Below are positions 21,357-29,495 of a stretch of 44,854 bases of DNA, piece by piece. Source of the stretch: a virus. The DNA is taken from IMG/VR virus record IMGVR_UViG_3300049019_000014, positions 1 to 44,854 of that record, one strand, 5' to 3'. A model generated the notes under the pieces. It was not told the DNA's origin. It made no database searches and saw only the letters and a program-made list of their open reading frames with translations. The translations under genes were made by a program, and so were the position numbers. The stretch's first letter is position 1. Each line of letters starts with the position of its first letter.

Positions 21357-22265
21357 ATGATGACGATTGACTTCAAGGCGCTCGGCGCCAAAGCTGCGGC
21401 CGAGGGTGCCGACCAGACCCAAGCACAGGTTGGCGGTGGCGGGGACTTCAAGCCCGTACCCGAAGGCCCGTGCGGCCTGCGCCTCGTGTCCTACGTGGAA
21501 CTCGGGAAGCAGAAGGACACCATCAAGGGTGTCGTGCAGATCAAGCCGAAGGTGCAGCTCGTGTTCGAGGTCAGCGGCCCGAACCACCCGCCCATGGAGA
21601 TCGACGGCGTCAAGGTTCCGCACCGCGTGTCGATCACCGAGAACTACAGCCTCAACGAGAAGGCGAACTTCTTCAAGCTGTTCGGCCGCATGAACTACGC
21701 CGGCACGGCGCAGCACATGATCCAGATGCTCGGCGATGCGTACCTCGGGCGTGTCGTGCACCGCAAGTACAAGAAGAAGTCCGACCCGGCCGACGAGTCC
21801 AAGTGGACCGGCATCGCCGTGGAGCTGAAGGACAAGGACGGGTACACCATCCGCCCGCCGCGCCGCCCGAAGATCGATGAGGCCACCGGCATGGAGACCG
21901 GCGAGTGGATTCCGGTGCAGGTTGCGCCTGCTCTCACGGCCCTCAAGGGGTTCCTGTGGGACTATGCGGACCTGAACCAGTGGGCCAGCCTGTTCATCGA
22001 AGGCCAGTGGCCCGAGCGCAAGGACAAGGACGGCAAGGTCACGGCCCCGGCCCGCTCGAAGAACGTGCTGCAGGACACCATCAAGCGCGCCGAGAACTTC
22101 AACGGCTCCCCGATCTACATCGCCCTCGCCTCGGCCGGTCAGAACCTGGACATCCCGGATGCCGACGTGCCCGGCGACGAGGAAGCCGCCGGCGAGGCCA
22201 CTCCCGGCCCCGCCACGGCCGCCGCAGCCGCGACCAAGGGTGACCCCCTGGCGGGCATCGCTTGA
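21357..22265 (+). CDS. Putative ssDNA-binding protein (gp2.5/DUF669-like) with an acidic C-terminal region
   Basis: The ORF is 302 aa with a GAAAGGAAA RBS. 'FKPVPEGPCGLRLVSYVELGK...VQLVFEV' resembles the DUF669/SSB-like N-terminus. The C-terminus 'DIPDADVPGDEEAAGE' is acidic. It sits next to the polymerase. Confidence 0.4.
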   Translation: MMTIDFKALGAKAAAEGADQTQAQVGGGGDFKPVPEGPCGLRLVSYVELGKQKDTIKGVVQIKPKVQLVFEVSGPNHPPMEIDGVKVPHRVSITENYSLNEKANFFKLFGRMNYAGTAQHMIQMLGDAYLGRVVHRKYKKKSDPADESKWTGIAVELKDKDGYTIRPPRRPKIDEATGMETGEWIPVQVAPALTALKGFLWDYADLNQWASLFIEGQWPERKDKDGKVTAPARSKNVLQDTIKRAENFNGSPIYIALASAGQNLDIPDADVPGDEEAAGEATPGPATAAAAATKGDPLAGIA

Positions 22266-23212
22266 CCGCCCCGAGCTGGCTGGAGGCCGCCGCCCAGGCG
22301 GCGGCTGCTGGCTCCCCGATGGCGATAGCGCGCACCCCCGGCCGGGTCCTCCTGGCTGATGGTGACGCGCTGGCGTACTACTGCGCCGGCTCGGAAGACA
22401 CGAGCCAAGCGCAAGCGCGCCTGAACCTGAACAGCTTCCTTCGGGCCTGCCGCGAGAGCAGCGGGTCGGAGAGCGTTCGGGTTCTCGTCACGGGACGAGG
22501 CAGCAACAAGGGCTACCGCTATGCGGTGGCACGAACGAAACCGTACCAGGGTACTCGCAGCAGCGGGCGCCGACCGTACAACTGGGAGTTCCTGCGCGAG
22601 GTGATCGAAGGCGGGTTCAATCCTGACTTCCCCGTGGAGATAACGAACGGCGCCGAGGCCGACGACCTGTTCGGCAAGTACGCCGTGATCCTCGGCTGGA
22701 TGAACGTCGTGCATCTGACGCAGGACAAGGACATGCGCATGCTGCCCGGCCTGCACATGGACTGGAAGGAGCGCACCTTCTGCACCGTCGAGCCGGACAC
22801 ATGGGAGCTGATCCACAACGGCAAGACCTACGGCCGCAAGTGGTTCTGGTTGCAGATGCTGCACGGCGACACGGCGGACAACATCCCCGGCCTGCCGAAG
22901 TACATCACGCCTGCCGGCAAGCCCGCCCTCTGCGGCGAGGTCACGGCCGGGAAGCTGCTCGACGGCACGACCTGCGAAGCGGACGCCCGCTCCCGGGTGT
23001 TCGGCCTGTACGCTGCATGGTATGGCGAGGACTGGAGGATTCATCTGCTGGAACAGGCCGTGCTGCTGTGGATGCGCCGTGACGCTGAGAGCAAGGTGCT
23101 GAACTGCATGCGAGAAGGCGGCCCACTCTACGTGCCAGACCTCATCAATGCCCCCGAGTGGCTCGCCGCTGTGGGTGAGATCCGGAACCGCATCGCGGAG
23201 ACGGCGACGTGA
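22262..23212 (+). CDS. 5'-3' exonuclease / flap endonuclease (T7 gp6-like); start uncertain (TTG 22262 or ATG 22319)
   Basis: The motifs seen are 'VLLADGDALAYY', 'GAEADDLFG' and 'HGDTADNIPGLP'. Confidence 0.8.
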   Translation: MTAPSWLEAAAQAAAAGSPMAIARTPGRVLLADGDALAYYCAGSEDTSQAQARLNLNSFLRACRESSGSESVRVLVTGRGSNKGYRYAVARTKPYQGTRSSGRRPYNWEFLREVIEGGFNPDFPVEITNGAEADDLFGKYAVILGWMNVVHLTQDKDMRMLPGLHMDWKERTFCTVEPDTWELIHNGKTYGRKWFWLQMLHGDTADNIPGLPKYITPAGKPALCGEVTAGKLLDGTTCEADARSRVFGLYAAWYGEDWRIHLLEQAVLLWMRRDAESKVLNCMREGGPLYVPDLINAPEWLAAVGEIRNRIAETAT

Positions 23213-23583
23213 GGCGGCTCAAGACCACTGAGGTCGGCCCCGAACGGGCGCGGCTGTTGGCAGCACAAGGCGGCAGATGCGCAGTGTGCCGGCTGCCGTG
23301 CGCCGAGGGATCGGCTGTGCTCGACCATGACCACGGCACCGGCGCTATCCGCGCCGCGCTGCACCGGGGCTGCAATGCCCTGCTGGGCAAGGTCGAGAAC
23401 AACCACAAGCGCTACGGCGTCATCAGTGTGGCGGCCTTCTGCTCCGGCGTGGCCGGCTATCTGGCGCAGCACATGACGAACCAGACAGGGCTGGTGCACC
23501 CTACGCACAAGACCGATGACGAGAAGCGCATCGCCCGCAACACCAAGGCCCGCAAGAAGCGAGCGTCAACGAAGGCCACATGA
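23209..23583 (+). CDS. Recombination endonuclease VII family Holliday-junction resolvase
   Basis: 'GGRCAVCRLP...LDHDHGTGAIRAALHRGCNALLGKVEN' matches the Endonuclease_7 pattern. Confidence 0.8.
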   Translation: MRRLKTTEVGPERARLLAAQGGRCAVCRLPCAEGSAVLDHDHGTGAIRAALHRGCNALLGKVENNHKRYGVISVAAFCSGVAGYLAQHMTNQTGLVHPTHKTDDEKRIARNTKARKKRASTKAT

Positions 23584-24365
23584 CTGGACCACGTATCGCA
23601 ACTGCCGACATCGAGACGGCCCCCATTAGCGCAAGCGTGTGGGGACTGTTCGACCAGAACGTCGGCCTCAACCAGATCGCCACCGAGTGGTCGATCCTAT
23701 CCTTCGCGGTGAAACCGCTGGGCGCAAAGAAGAAGGACATCCTGTACCTCGACACGAGCGCCCGTGCCGATCCGCGTGACGACAGCGAGCTGCTGGGCAA
23801 GCTGTGGGAGGTGCTGCACGAGTACGACTTCATCGTCGCACAGAACGGCAAGCGCTTTGACCTCCGCAAGATCAAAGCGCGGCTCATCATGGCCGGCTTC
23901 CCGCCGCCGTCCCCGGTCAAGGTGCTCGACACCATGCTGATGGCGCGGCAGGTTGCGGCCTTCACCAGCAACAAGCTGGAGTGGCTGGCACAGTACCTTA
24001 GCCGGGTGCCGAAGAACAAGCACAAGGACTTCCCCGGCTTTGAGCTGTGGTCCGAGTGCCTCGCCGGCAACCCGAAGGCGTGGGCCGCCATGAAGAAGTA
24101 CAACATCCCGGACATCGAGAGCTGTGAGCAAGTCTACATGCGCTTGCGTCCGTGGGTGTCGGGGCATCCGAACGTGGCGATCTTCAGCGACGAAGAGGGG
24201 CTGGCCTGCCCGGTCTGCGGCAGCCACAAGGTCGAGCAGGACGGCTACTCCTACACCAATGTCGGGCAATACAACCGATACCACTGCGGCGGCTGCGGCG
24301 CATGGAGTCGGGATCGCTACACCATCAACAGCAAGGAGAAGCGGCGCGGGCTGCTGACGAACTGA
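23580..24365 (+). CDS. DEDD/RNase H-fold 3'-5' exonuclease with a C-terminal zinc ribbon
   Basis: The exonuclease motifs are 'ATADIETAP', 'AQNGKRFDL' and 'NIPDIES'. The C-terminus has 'CPVCGS...HCGGCG'. Confidence 0.6.
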   Translation: MTGPRIATADIETAPISASVWGLFDQNVGLNQIATEWSILSFAVKPLGAKKKDILYLDTSARADPRDDSELLGKLWEVLHEYDFIVAQNGKRFDLRKIKARLIMAGFPPPSPVKVLDTMLMARQVAAFTSNKLEWLAQYLSRVPKNKHKDFPGFELWSECLAGNPKAWAAMKKYNIPDIESCEQVYMRLRPWVSGHPNVAIFSDEEGLACPVCGSHKVEQDGYSYTNVGQYNRYHCGGCGAWSRDRYTINSKEKRRGLLTN

Positions 24366-24685
24366 TGAACGAAGGACGCAAAGACGACACCGGCAAGCTG
24401 GAGTGGAGCCTGCTGATGCGGGGCTGCTATGCCGGCTTGCGCGGCGTCGTGCAAGTGCTGATGTTCGGTGCGCGTAAGTACGCCTCGGACTCCTGGCAAA
24501 TGGTGCCCAATGCTCGACAGCGCTACAAGGACGCCCTATACAGGCACTTGTCGAGCATCGAGGAACGTGGCTTCTACGCCATCGATCCCGAGACGGGCTT
24601 GTTGGAGTGGTGGCACGTCGCGTGCAACGCGCTGTTCCTCGCCACTTTCGCGGCGCTACCCGACCTGGGGGTCAAGGATGAATGA
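24365..24685 (+). CDS. DUF5664-type (dATP/dGTP diphosphohydrolase N-terminal domain-like) protein
   Basis: 'KDDTGKLEWSLL...FGARKY..DSW......YKDALYRHL....DPETGLLEWWHVACNALFL' matches my recollection of that family. The start is TGATG-coupled. Confidence 0.55.
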   Translation: MNEGRKDDTGKLEWSLLMRGCYAGLRGVVQVLMFGARKYASDSWQMVPNARQRYKDALYRHLSSIEERGFYAIDPETGLLEWWHVACNALFLATFAALPDLGVKDE

Positions 24686-24941
24686 GCCGCATACCCGGCA
24701 CCCGCACGCTCTGACGCTAGCCCTGCTGATCGCCAGCTTCCAACGCTTCGGCGATCTGGAAGAGAAGACGCACGACGTGATCGCCCACGCCACCGATCTG
24801 GCGGACTACTCCGACGAGCGCAAGGCGGACCTGTACGCCCGCATTGTCGAGAAGGTCACGGCAGCCATGCGCGTCATCGATCTGGAGCAGGCGATCAACT
24901 CCTGCCTGTGGGCAAACGAACGGAGGTTCTATGGCGGATGA
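24678..24941 (+). CDS. Hypothetical protein
   Basis: The ORF is 87 aa from ATG 24678 and overlaps both neighbours by a few nt. Confidence 0.55.
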   Translation: MNEPHTRHPHALTLALLIASFQRFGDLEEKTHDVIAHATDLADYSDERKADLYARIVEKVTAAMRVIDLEQAINSCLWANERRFYGG

Positions 24942-25770
24942 CTACGCCCTGCCGAAGGCAGTGGACTTCAGCAACCTCAGCGCGAAGGCGCAGAAGGCTG
25001 TCGTCTACGCCGGCCGCATCCTGCAACCGAAGTGGGACGGCTGCGCGCTGGTCGTGCGGCACCGTGACGGAGTAACGTCCGCCATCAGTGCGAGCGGCAA
25101 GCCCGTGCTGTCGTGCGATCACCTCGTGGCGCAGATACTGCGAGCCACCGGCGATCCCCGCTCGTTCACGGCCTGCTGCGAAGTGTGGAACGTGGACATG
25201 CAGTTCCAGGAAATCAGCGGCGCATTCCGCAGGCACGCCAATCAGCCGCACCTCGTGGCCCGCTGGTTCGACTTCGCCTTCGACGACCTGCAGCACCTGC
25301 CGTACGTCGAGCGCACGGCCTGGATGGATCGCGCTGAAGAGCTGCACTTCGCTGGGCACTCGCTGACGGACAGTGCGGAACACGCATGGGAAACCTCCCG
25401 GTACTGGAAGCGCCTCGGCGGCTTCGACGGCGGCATCCTGCGTGACCCCAACGCGCCATTCGTGCTCGGCCGCAGCAAGGGCGAGATCATTAAGCTGAAG
25501 CCGCTGGTGTCGCATGACCTGTTGTGCGAGGCGACCATCGTGGACAAGGGCGGCAAGACCGGCCGGGACACGCTGGCCCTGGCCTGCCGCTGGCGCGGTG
25601 GGCTGGTGCAGAAGGTAGCGACCGGGCTGACGCACGAGCAGCAAGCGAACCCGGCGCAGTTCCTCGGGCAGATCATCGAGGTGGAAGCCATGGGTTACAC
25701 CGCCGACGGCCTGCTGCGGGAGCCGCGCTTCAAGGGCATCAGGCACGACAAGACACAACCGGACTTCTGA
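24931..25770 (+). CDS. ATP-dependent DNA ligase
   Basis: It has motif I 'QPKWDGCAL' (KxDG) and later 'GGILRDP' and 'EIIKLKP'. GGAGG lies 4 nt upstream of ATG 24931. Confidence 0.85.
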   Translation: MADDYALPKAVDFSNLSAKAQKAVVYAGRILQPKWDGCALVVRHRDGVTSAISASGKPVLSCDHLVAQILRATGDPRSFTACCEVWNVDMQFQEISGAFRRHANQPHLVARWFDFAFDDLQHLPYVERTAWMDRAEELHFAGHSLTDSAEHAWETSRYWKRLGGFDGGILRDPNAPFVLGRSKGEIIKLKPLVSHDLLCEATIVDKGGKTGRDTLALACRWRGGLVQKVATGLTHEQQANPAQFLGQIIEVEAMGYTADGLLREPRFKGIRHDKTQPDF

Positions 25771-26003
25771 TGGTCAAGTATCTCCTACTCAAGCTGGCCG
25801 AAGAGGCCGGCGAAATCGTGGTCGCTGCTGTCAAGCATCGACTGCACCGCACCGATGGGACTCGTCGCAAGCTGGAGCAGGAGATCGGCGATCTCATCGC
25901 CATCGTCACACTGCTGACGGCAGGCGAGCTGAACGGCAATCGCATTGACCGGGCCGCCGAGGCCCGTGAGACGCGCGAAGCGCGGAGGGCCAAGAAGCAC
26001 TGA
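25770..26003 (+). CDS. MazG-like nucleotide pyrophosphohydrolase (short form)
   Basis: The ORF is 77 aa. 'LKLAEEAGEIVVAAVK...LEQEIGDLIAIVTLL' shows the EExxE...E..D four-helix MazG pattern. It is TGATG-coupled on both sides. Confidence 0.55.
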   Translation: MVKYLLLKLAEEAGEIVVAAVKHRLHRTDGTRRKLEQEIGDLIAIVTLLTAGELNGNRIDRAAEARETREARRAKKH

Positions 26004-28486
26004 TGGACCTGCCAACCCAAGCGGACATCGAGCAGCGCATGTTCACCGGCGGCATCGAGCGCGCCGAAGGCATGATGCTGCGAGCGGAAGAGTCCGGCCG
26101 TGCGAACCAGAATCCGTACGGCAAGGCGATCATGCGGGACTTCATCTTCCCGCTCGCGGACAAGATCAAAGAGGACTGCGCTCCGCATGGCCGACCCGGG
26201 CCGCGCGCTGCGCATGTCACGTTGCTTCGTGCGCTGGACGCAGAAGCGGTGGCGTTCCTCGCTGTCCGCGCCACCCTGAATATGTGCATGCAGCACGCGA
26301 CGAAGGACCATACAACCAACGGAGGGAACCCCGGTGCGAACCATAGAGCGGTTGCGAATCGGATCGGCCATGCAGTTCACGCGGAGCTGGTACTGTCTCA
26401 GATTGAGCAGTTCAATCCGGACCTGTACTACACCCTAGCGAACGAGCTGGACCGCCGCAAGTCCAAGGACGAGAAGCACCGCATCGCGATGATGCGTGTG
26501 CAGGCGCGTGACGCCGGCATCCTGTGGGATGAGTGGCCGACCGGCGCACGGGATCAGGTCGGGATGTACCTCATGGGCCTGCTTGAACAGGCAGGCATGG
26601 TGTCGATCCACTGGCCGGCGCAGAGCCGGGGCCGCAAGCAACTGCCCGGCATCGTCATGATAAGCGACACGGTGTTCGACCGCATCATGCAGATCAAGGG
26701 GTTCGTTGCCATCACGCAGCCGATCTACGGGCCGTGCGTTGAGCCCCCCCGCGACTGGACCGCATGGAACAACGGCGGCTTCCACACGGGCACGATGCAG
26801 CGCGCGCTGCGCCGGCTGGTCAAGGCGCACCCCAGCGCCCGGCCGTGGGTGTTTAGTGAGCCGGCGCCCATCGTGTGGGACGCAGCGAACATGCTGCAGC
26901 GCACGGCATGGCAGGTCAATACGGACGTGTACGACGTGGTCATGCAGCTCGCTAAGGCTGGAGTGGGCACGAAGGAGATCGCCACTCAGCACGCAGTGCC
27001 CAAGCCCGAGCGCCCGGCGTGGCTTGACGAGAGCATCAGCAAAGAGCTGATGTCCCCCGAGCAGGCCGACGAGTTCAAGAAGTGGAAGCATACGGTTGCC
27101 GAGTGGCACACGCAGCGCAAGCTGGCAGGCATCCGGGATGCGCGCTTCTATGCCGCCACACGCATGGCGTACGAGTTCAAGGATCACCCGGCCCTGCACT
27201 TCGTCTACTTCGCGGACAGCCGGGGCCGCTTCTACCCACTGACCTATGGAATCAACCCTCAAGGCTCGGACCTCCAGAAGGCGCTGCTCCGATTCGCCGT
27301 TGGTAAGCCGCTCGACAGTGCGGAATCGATCCGCTGGTTCCACATACTTGGCGCCAATAAGTTTGGCTTTGACAAGGCTACGCTGTCACAAAGGTTCATG
27401 TGGGCGCACGAGCGGCGGGAGTGGATTCTGCACATCGTTTCAGATCCACTCAATCACAGAGAGTGGCTCGACGCAGGAGACCCTCTGCAGTTTCTTGCTT
27501 GGTGTTTCGAGTATGCCGACTGGGTCGCAGATCCGGACGCATTTCGATCACACCTCCCTGTCAACATGGATGGAAGTTGCAACGGACTCCAGAACCTTAG
27601 CGCCATGCTACGTGACGAAGTCGGGGGCCACGCCACGAATCTCACCGACAATGAGACGATGGAAGATATCTACCGACTCGTGGCAGAAGCTGCAGTCGTC
27701 CGGATGTCTGCCGCCGAGTGTGCTGACCCCCGGCTCGAAGCCGTTCGACGGAAGTGGCTGGCACACGGCGTAAGCCGCAGCGTGGTGAAGCGCTCGGTGA
27801 TGACGACGCCCTACGGGGTGACGAAGCGCAGCGCGACGGACTACGTCATCAGCGACTACCTCGCCAAAGAGCCGACACCATTCGCCCGTGAAGAGTGGCG
27901 AGACGCGGCCAAGGTGCTGATGGAGCATGCGTGGCCCGCCATCGGAGACATCGTGGTCAAGGGTCGGCAGGCTATGGACTGGCTCAAGAAGGGCGCACGC
28001 AAGATCGTCAAGGAGTTCCCAGCAGATGCTGATCCTGTCATCACATGGCGGACACCCTCCGGGTTCCCTGCCTCTCAGGCGTACTACGAAGTCAACGAGC
28101 ATCGGATCAACACACGATTGGCTGGCACGGAGACGATCAAGATCGTTGTGCATAGTGAAGCGGAGGACCCCGATCCAACTCGTCATAGCAGCGGTCTGGC
28201 CCCGAACTTCGTGCACAGTCTCGATGCCAGCCACCTCCACCGGGTGGCAGCTCGATGTCTACACGAGGGGGTGGCATCCCTTATGGCTGTCCATGATGAC
28301 TACGGCACACACGCTGCCGACGCACAGCAGCTATTCGACCTGATCCGTCAGGAGTTCGTCGCCATGTATACCACCCGCGATCCTGTGGGTGAACTGTTCA
28401 ACCGGTTCCCTATGCTCGGCGAGCCGCCGTCTATGGGTAGCCTAGACATTCAGGAGGTTCTACGCAGTGACTTCTTCTTCTCTTAG
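26003..28486 (+). CDS. T7-like single-subunit DNA-dependent RNA polymerase
   Basis: The ORF is 827 aa. It has 'PVNMDGSCNGLQNLSAM' (motif A), 'VMTTPYGVT' and 'VHDDYGTH' (motif C). The C-terminal 'DFFFS' is analogous to T7 'FAFA'. Confidence 0.95.
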   Translation: MDLPTQADIEQRMFTGGIERAEGMMLRAEESGRANQNPYGKAIMRDFIFPLADKIKEDCAPHGRPGPRAAHVTLLRALDAEAVAFLAVRATLNMCMQHATKDHTTNGGNPGANHRAVANRIGHAVHAELVLSQIEQFNPDLYYTLANELDRRKSKDEKHRIAMMRVQARDAGILWDEWPTGARDQVGMYLMGLLEQAGMVSIHWPAQSRGRKQLPGIVMISDTVFDRIMQIKGFVAITQPIYGPCVEPPRDWTAWNNGGFHTGTMQRALRRLVKAHPSARPWVFSEPAPIVWDAANMLQRTAWQVNTDVYDVVMQLAKAGVGTKEIATQHAVPKPERPAWLDESISKELMSPEQADEFKKWKHTVAEWHTQRKLAGIRDARFYAATRMAYEFKDHPALHFVYFADSRGRFYPLTYGINPQGSDLQKALLRFAVGKPLDSAESIRWFHILGANKFGFDKATLSQRFMWAHERREWILHIVSDPLNHREWLDAGDPLQFLAWCFEYADWVADPDAFRSHLPVNMDGSCNGLQNLSAMLRDEVGGHATNLTDNETMEDIYRLVAEAAVVRMSAAECADPRLEAVRRKWLAHGVSRSVVKRSVMTTPYGVTKRSATDYVISDYLAKEPTPFAREEWRDAAKVLMEHAWPAIGDIVVKGRQAMDWLKKGARKIVKEFPADADPVITWRTPSGFPASQAYYEVNEHRINTRLAGTETIKIVVHSEAEDPDPTRHSSGLAPNFVHSLDASHLHRVAARCLHEGVASLMAVHDDYGTHAADAQQLFDLIRQEFVAMYTTRDPVGELFNRFPMLGEPPSMGSLDIQEVLRSDFFFS

Positions 28487-28748
28487 CCGGGGCCTGAGCA
28501 CGGCCCTTGGCCGCATCCGTGGGGCATGGCTGGTCCTTACTGGCGGGGTATTGGAACCCAGTACGCCTAATGCAACTCCTGGGGAGGTGGTAGTACACCG
28601 GCTAAGCCAACAATCCATGGCACTGCTGGAGAAGAGACTACCCAAGCCCATGCTAGGCGGCACTGGCACCAACGACCCCATATACGCTGGCTACATGCTG
28701 GGCGTGCAGCGGGTACTGACAGACCTCCGTGAAGGATTCGGACGATGA
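28467..28748 (+). CDS. Hypothetical protein; start uncertain (GTG 28467 with a strong SD, or ATG 28617 downstream of the internal phage promoter)
   Basis: AGGAGG (28452-28457) lies 9 nt before GTG 28467. The ORF is ATGA-coupled to the next gene. Phage promoter motif copy 2 lies inside it. Confidence 0.5.
   Translation: MTSSSLSRGLSTALGRIRGAWLVLTGGVLEPSTPNATPGEVVVHRLSQQSMALLEKRLPKPMLGGTGTNDPIYAGYMLGVQRVLTDLREGFGR
28561..28574 (+). promoter_or_regulatory. Phage-RNAP promoter candidate, copy 2 (start of the late region)
   Basis: GTACGCCTAATGCA is present, which is 14 of the 15 motif positions. It begins 75 nt after the RNAP stop. Confidence 0.55.
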
Positions 28749-29158
28749 GGCTAGGTAACCAGCATGACGCCAGGGCCATAGTGGATGCACTGGCGGATCT
28801 GCAGACCAAGAGCCCCAACCCGCAGATGCAGTATAGCGACATCATGGCTGCAGAGCTGGGGGTACGGGACTTCATCCACAGGAACAAGTGCCTGATCCTG
28901 GGTGACTATGCTGTACTCTTCGAGGTGGGCAAGGTCTGGTACAGCAACACGGAGTTCCTATTCGAGCAGCTTCTCATCCGCTACAAGCGGGACGAGGGCA
29001 ACAGCGTGCAGGACGCTGTGCAAGGACTGGAGCTGTTTGCGAAGGAATACGGGTGCTCGGTACTGATCGTTGGTGACACGCAGATCGGGCACATGACGAA
29101 GGTGTATACGGAAGCGGGGTTCACTCCGATAGGTACGCAGCTTCTCAAACAACTCTGA
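28745..29158 (+). CDS. GNAT-fold N-acetyltransferase-like protein
   Basis: The ORF is 137 aa. The C-terminal 'LFAKEYGCSVLIVGDTQ...MTKVYTEAGFTPIG' resembles the GNAT beta4-alpha3/alpha4 region. It occupies the same position (just after RNAP) as a GNAT I recall in phiKMV-like phages. Confidence 0.45.
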   Translation: MRLGNQHDARAIVDALADLQTKSPNPQMQYSDIMAAELGVRDFIHRNKCLILGDYAVLFEVGKVWYSNTEFLFEQLLIRYKRDEGNSVQDAVQGLELFAKEYGCSVLIVGDTQIGHMTKVYTEAGFTPIGTQLLKQL

Positions 29159-29171
29159 AAGGAACTACGGC

Positions 29172-29495
29172 ATGGGATTCTTGAAGCGAATCACTGGTGT
29201 CGCAACGCAAGTGAGGGCCAATCAGCAGAATGCTGCCGCGCTCACTGCGGCGGCTAAGGCTAACTCGGAAGCTGCTACTAACGCAGCCATCGATCAGGCC
29301 CGCACTATCGCCGAGCAGCAGGCAGCGAGCACGGCAAGGGATGCTGCTATCGCCCGTGCCAAAGAATTGTCCTCCACTCCGATGGACAGTGCGGATGTGC
29401 AACTCGAAGCGACGAGCAGCGAATCTGCAGCGGCAGCGACACGCAAGAAGCGAGGACAGTTCGGCAGAGACTACATGAGTGGGGTGAGCATCTAA
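29172..29495 (+). CDS. Small Ala/Gln-rich virion-associated protein candidate
   Basis: The ORF is 107 aa with an AAAGGA RBS. It lies immediately upstream of the portal and is coupled to it. The sequence is low-complexity and helical. Confidence 0.6.
   Translation: MGFLKRITGVATQVRANQQNAAALTAAAKANSEAATNAAIDQARTIAEQQAASTARDAAIARAKELSSTPMDSADVQLEATSSESAAAATRKKRGQFGRDYMSGVSI

Noticed and set aside
18170-26003. A Z-base (2-aminoadenine) or other hypermodification pathway, suggested by the HD plus MazG-type hydrolases
   Set aside because: No PurZ/PurA-like ORF is present (no GDEGKG / GTT..GIGP-type motifs in any frame I read), and I saw no other base-modifying enzyme. It is kept only as a nucleotide-pool hypothesis.
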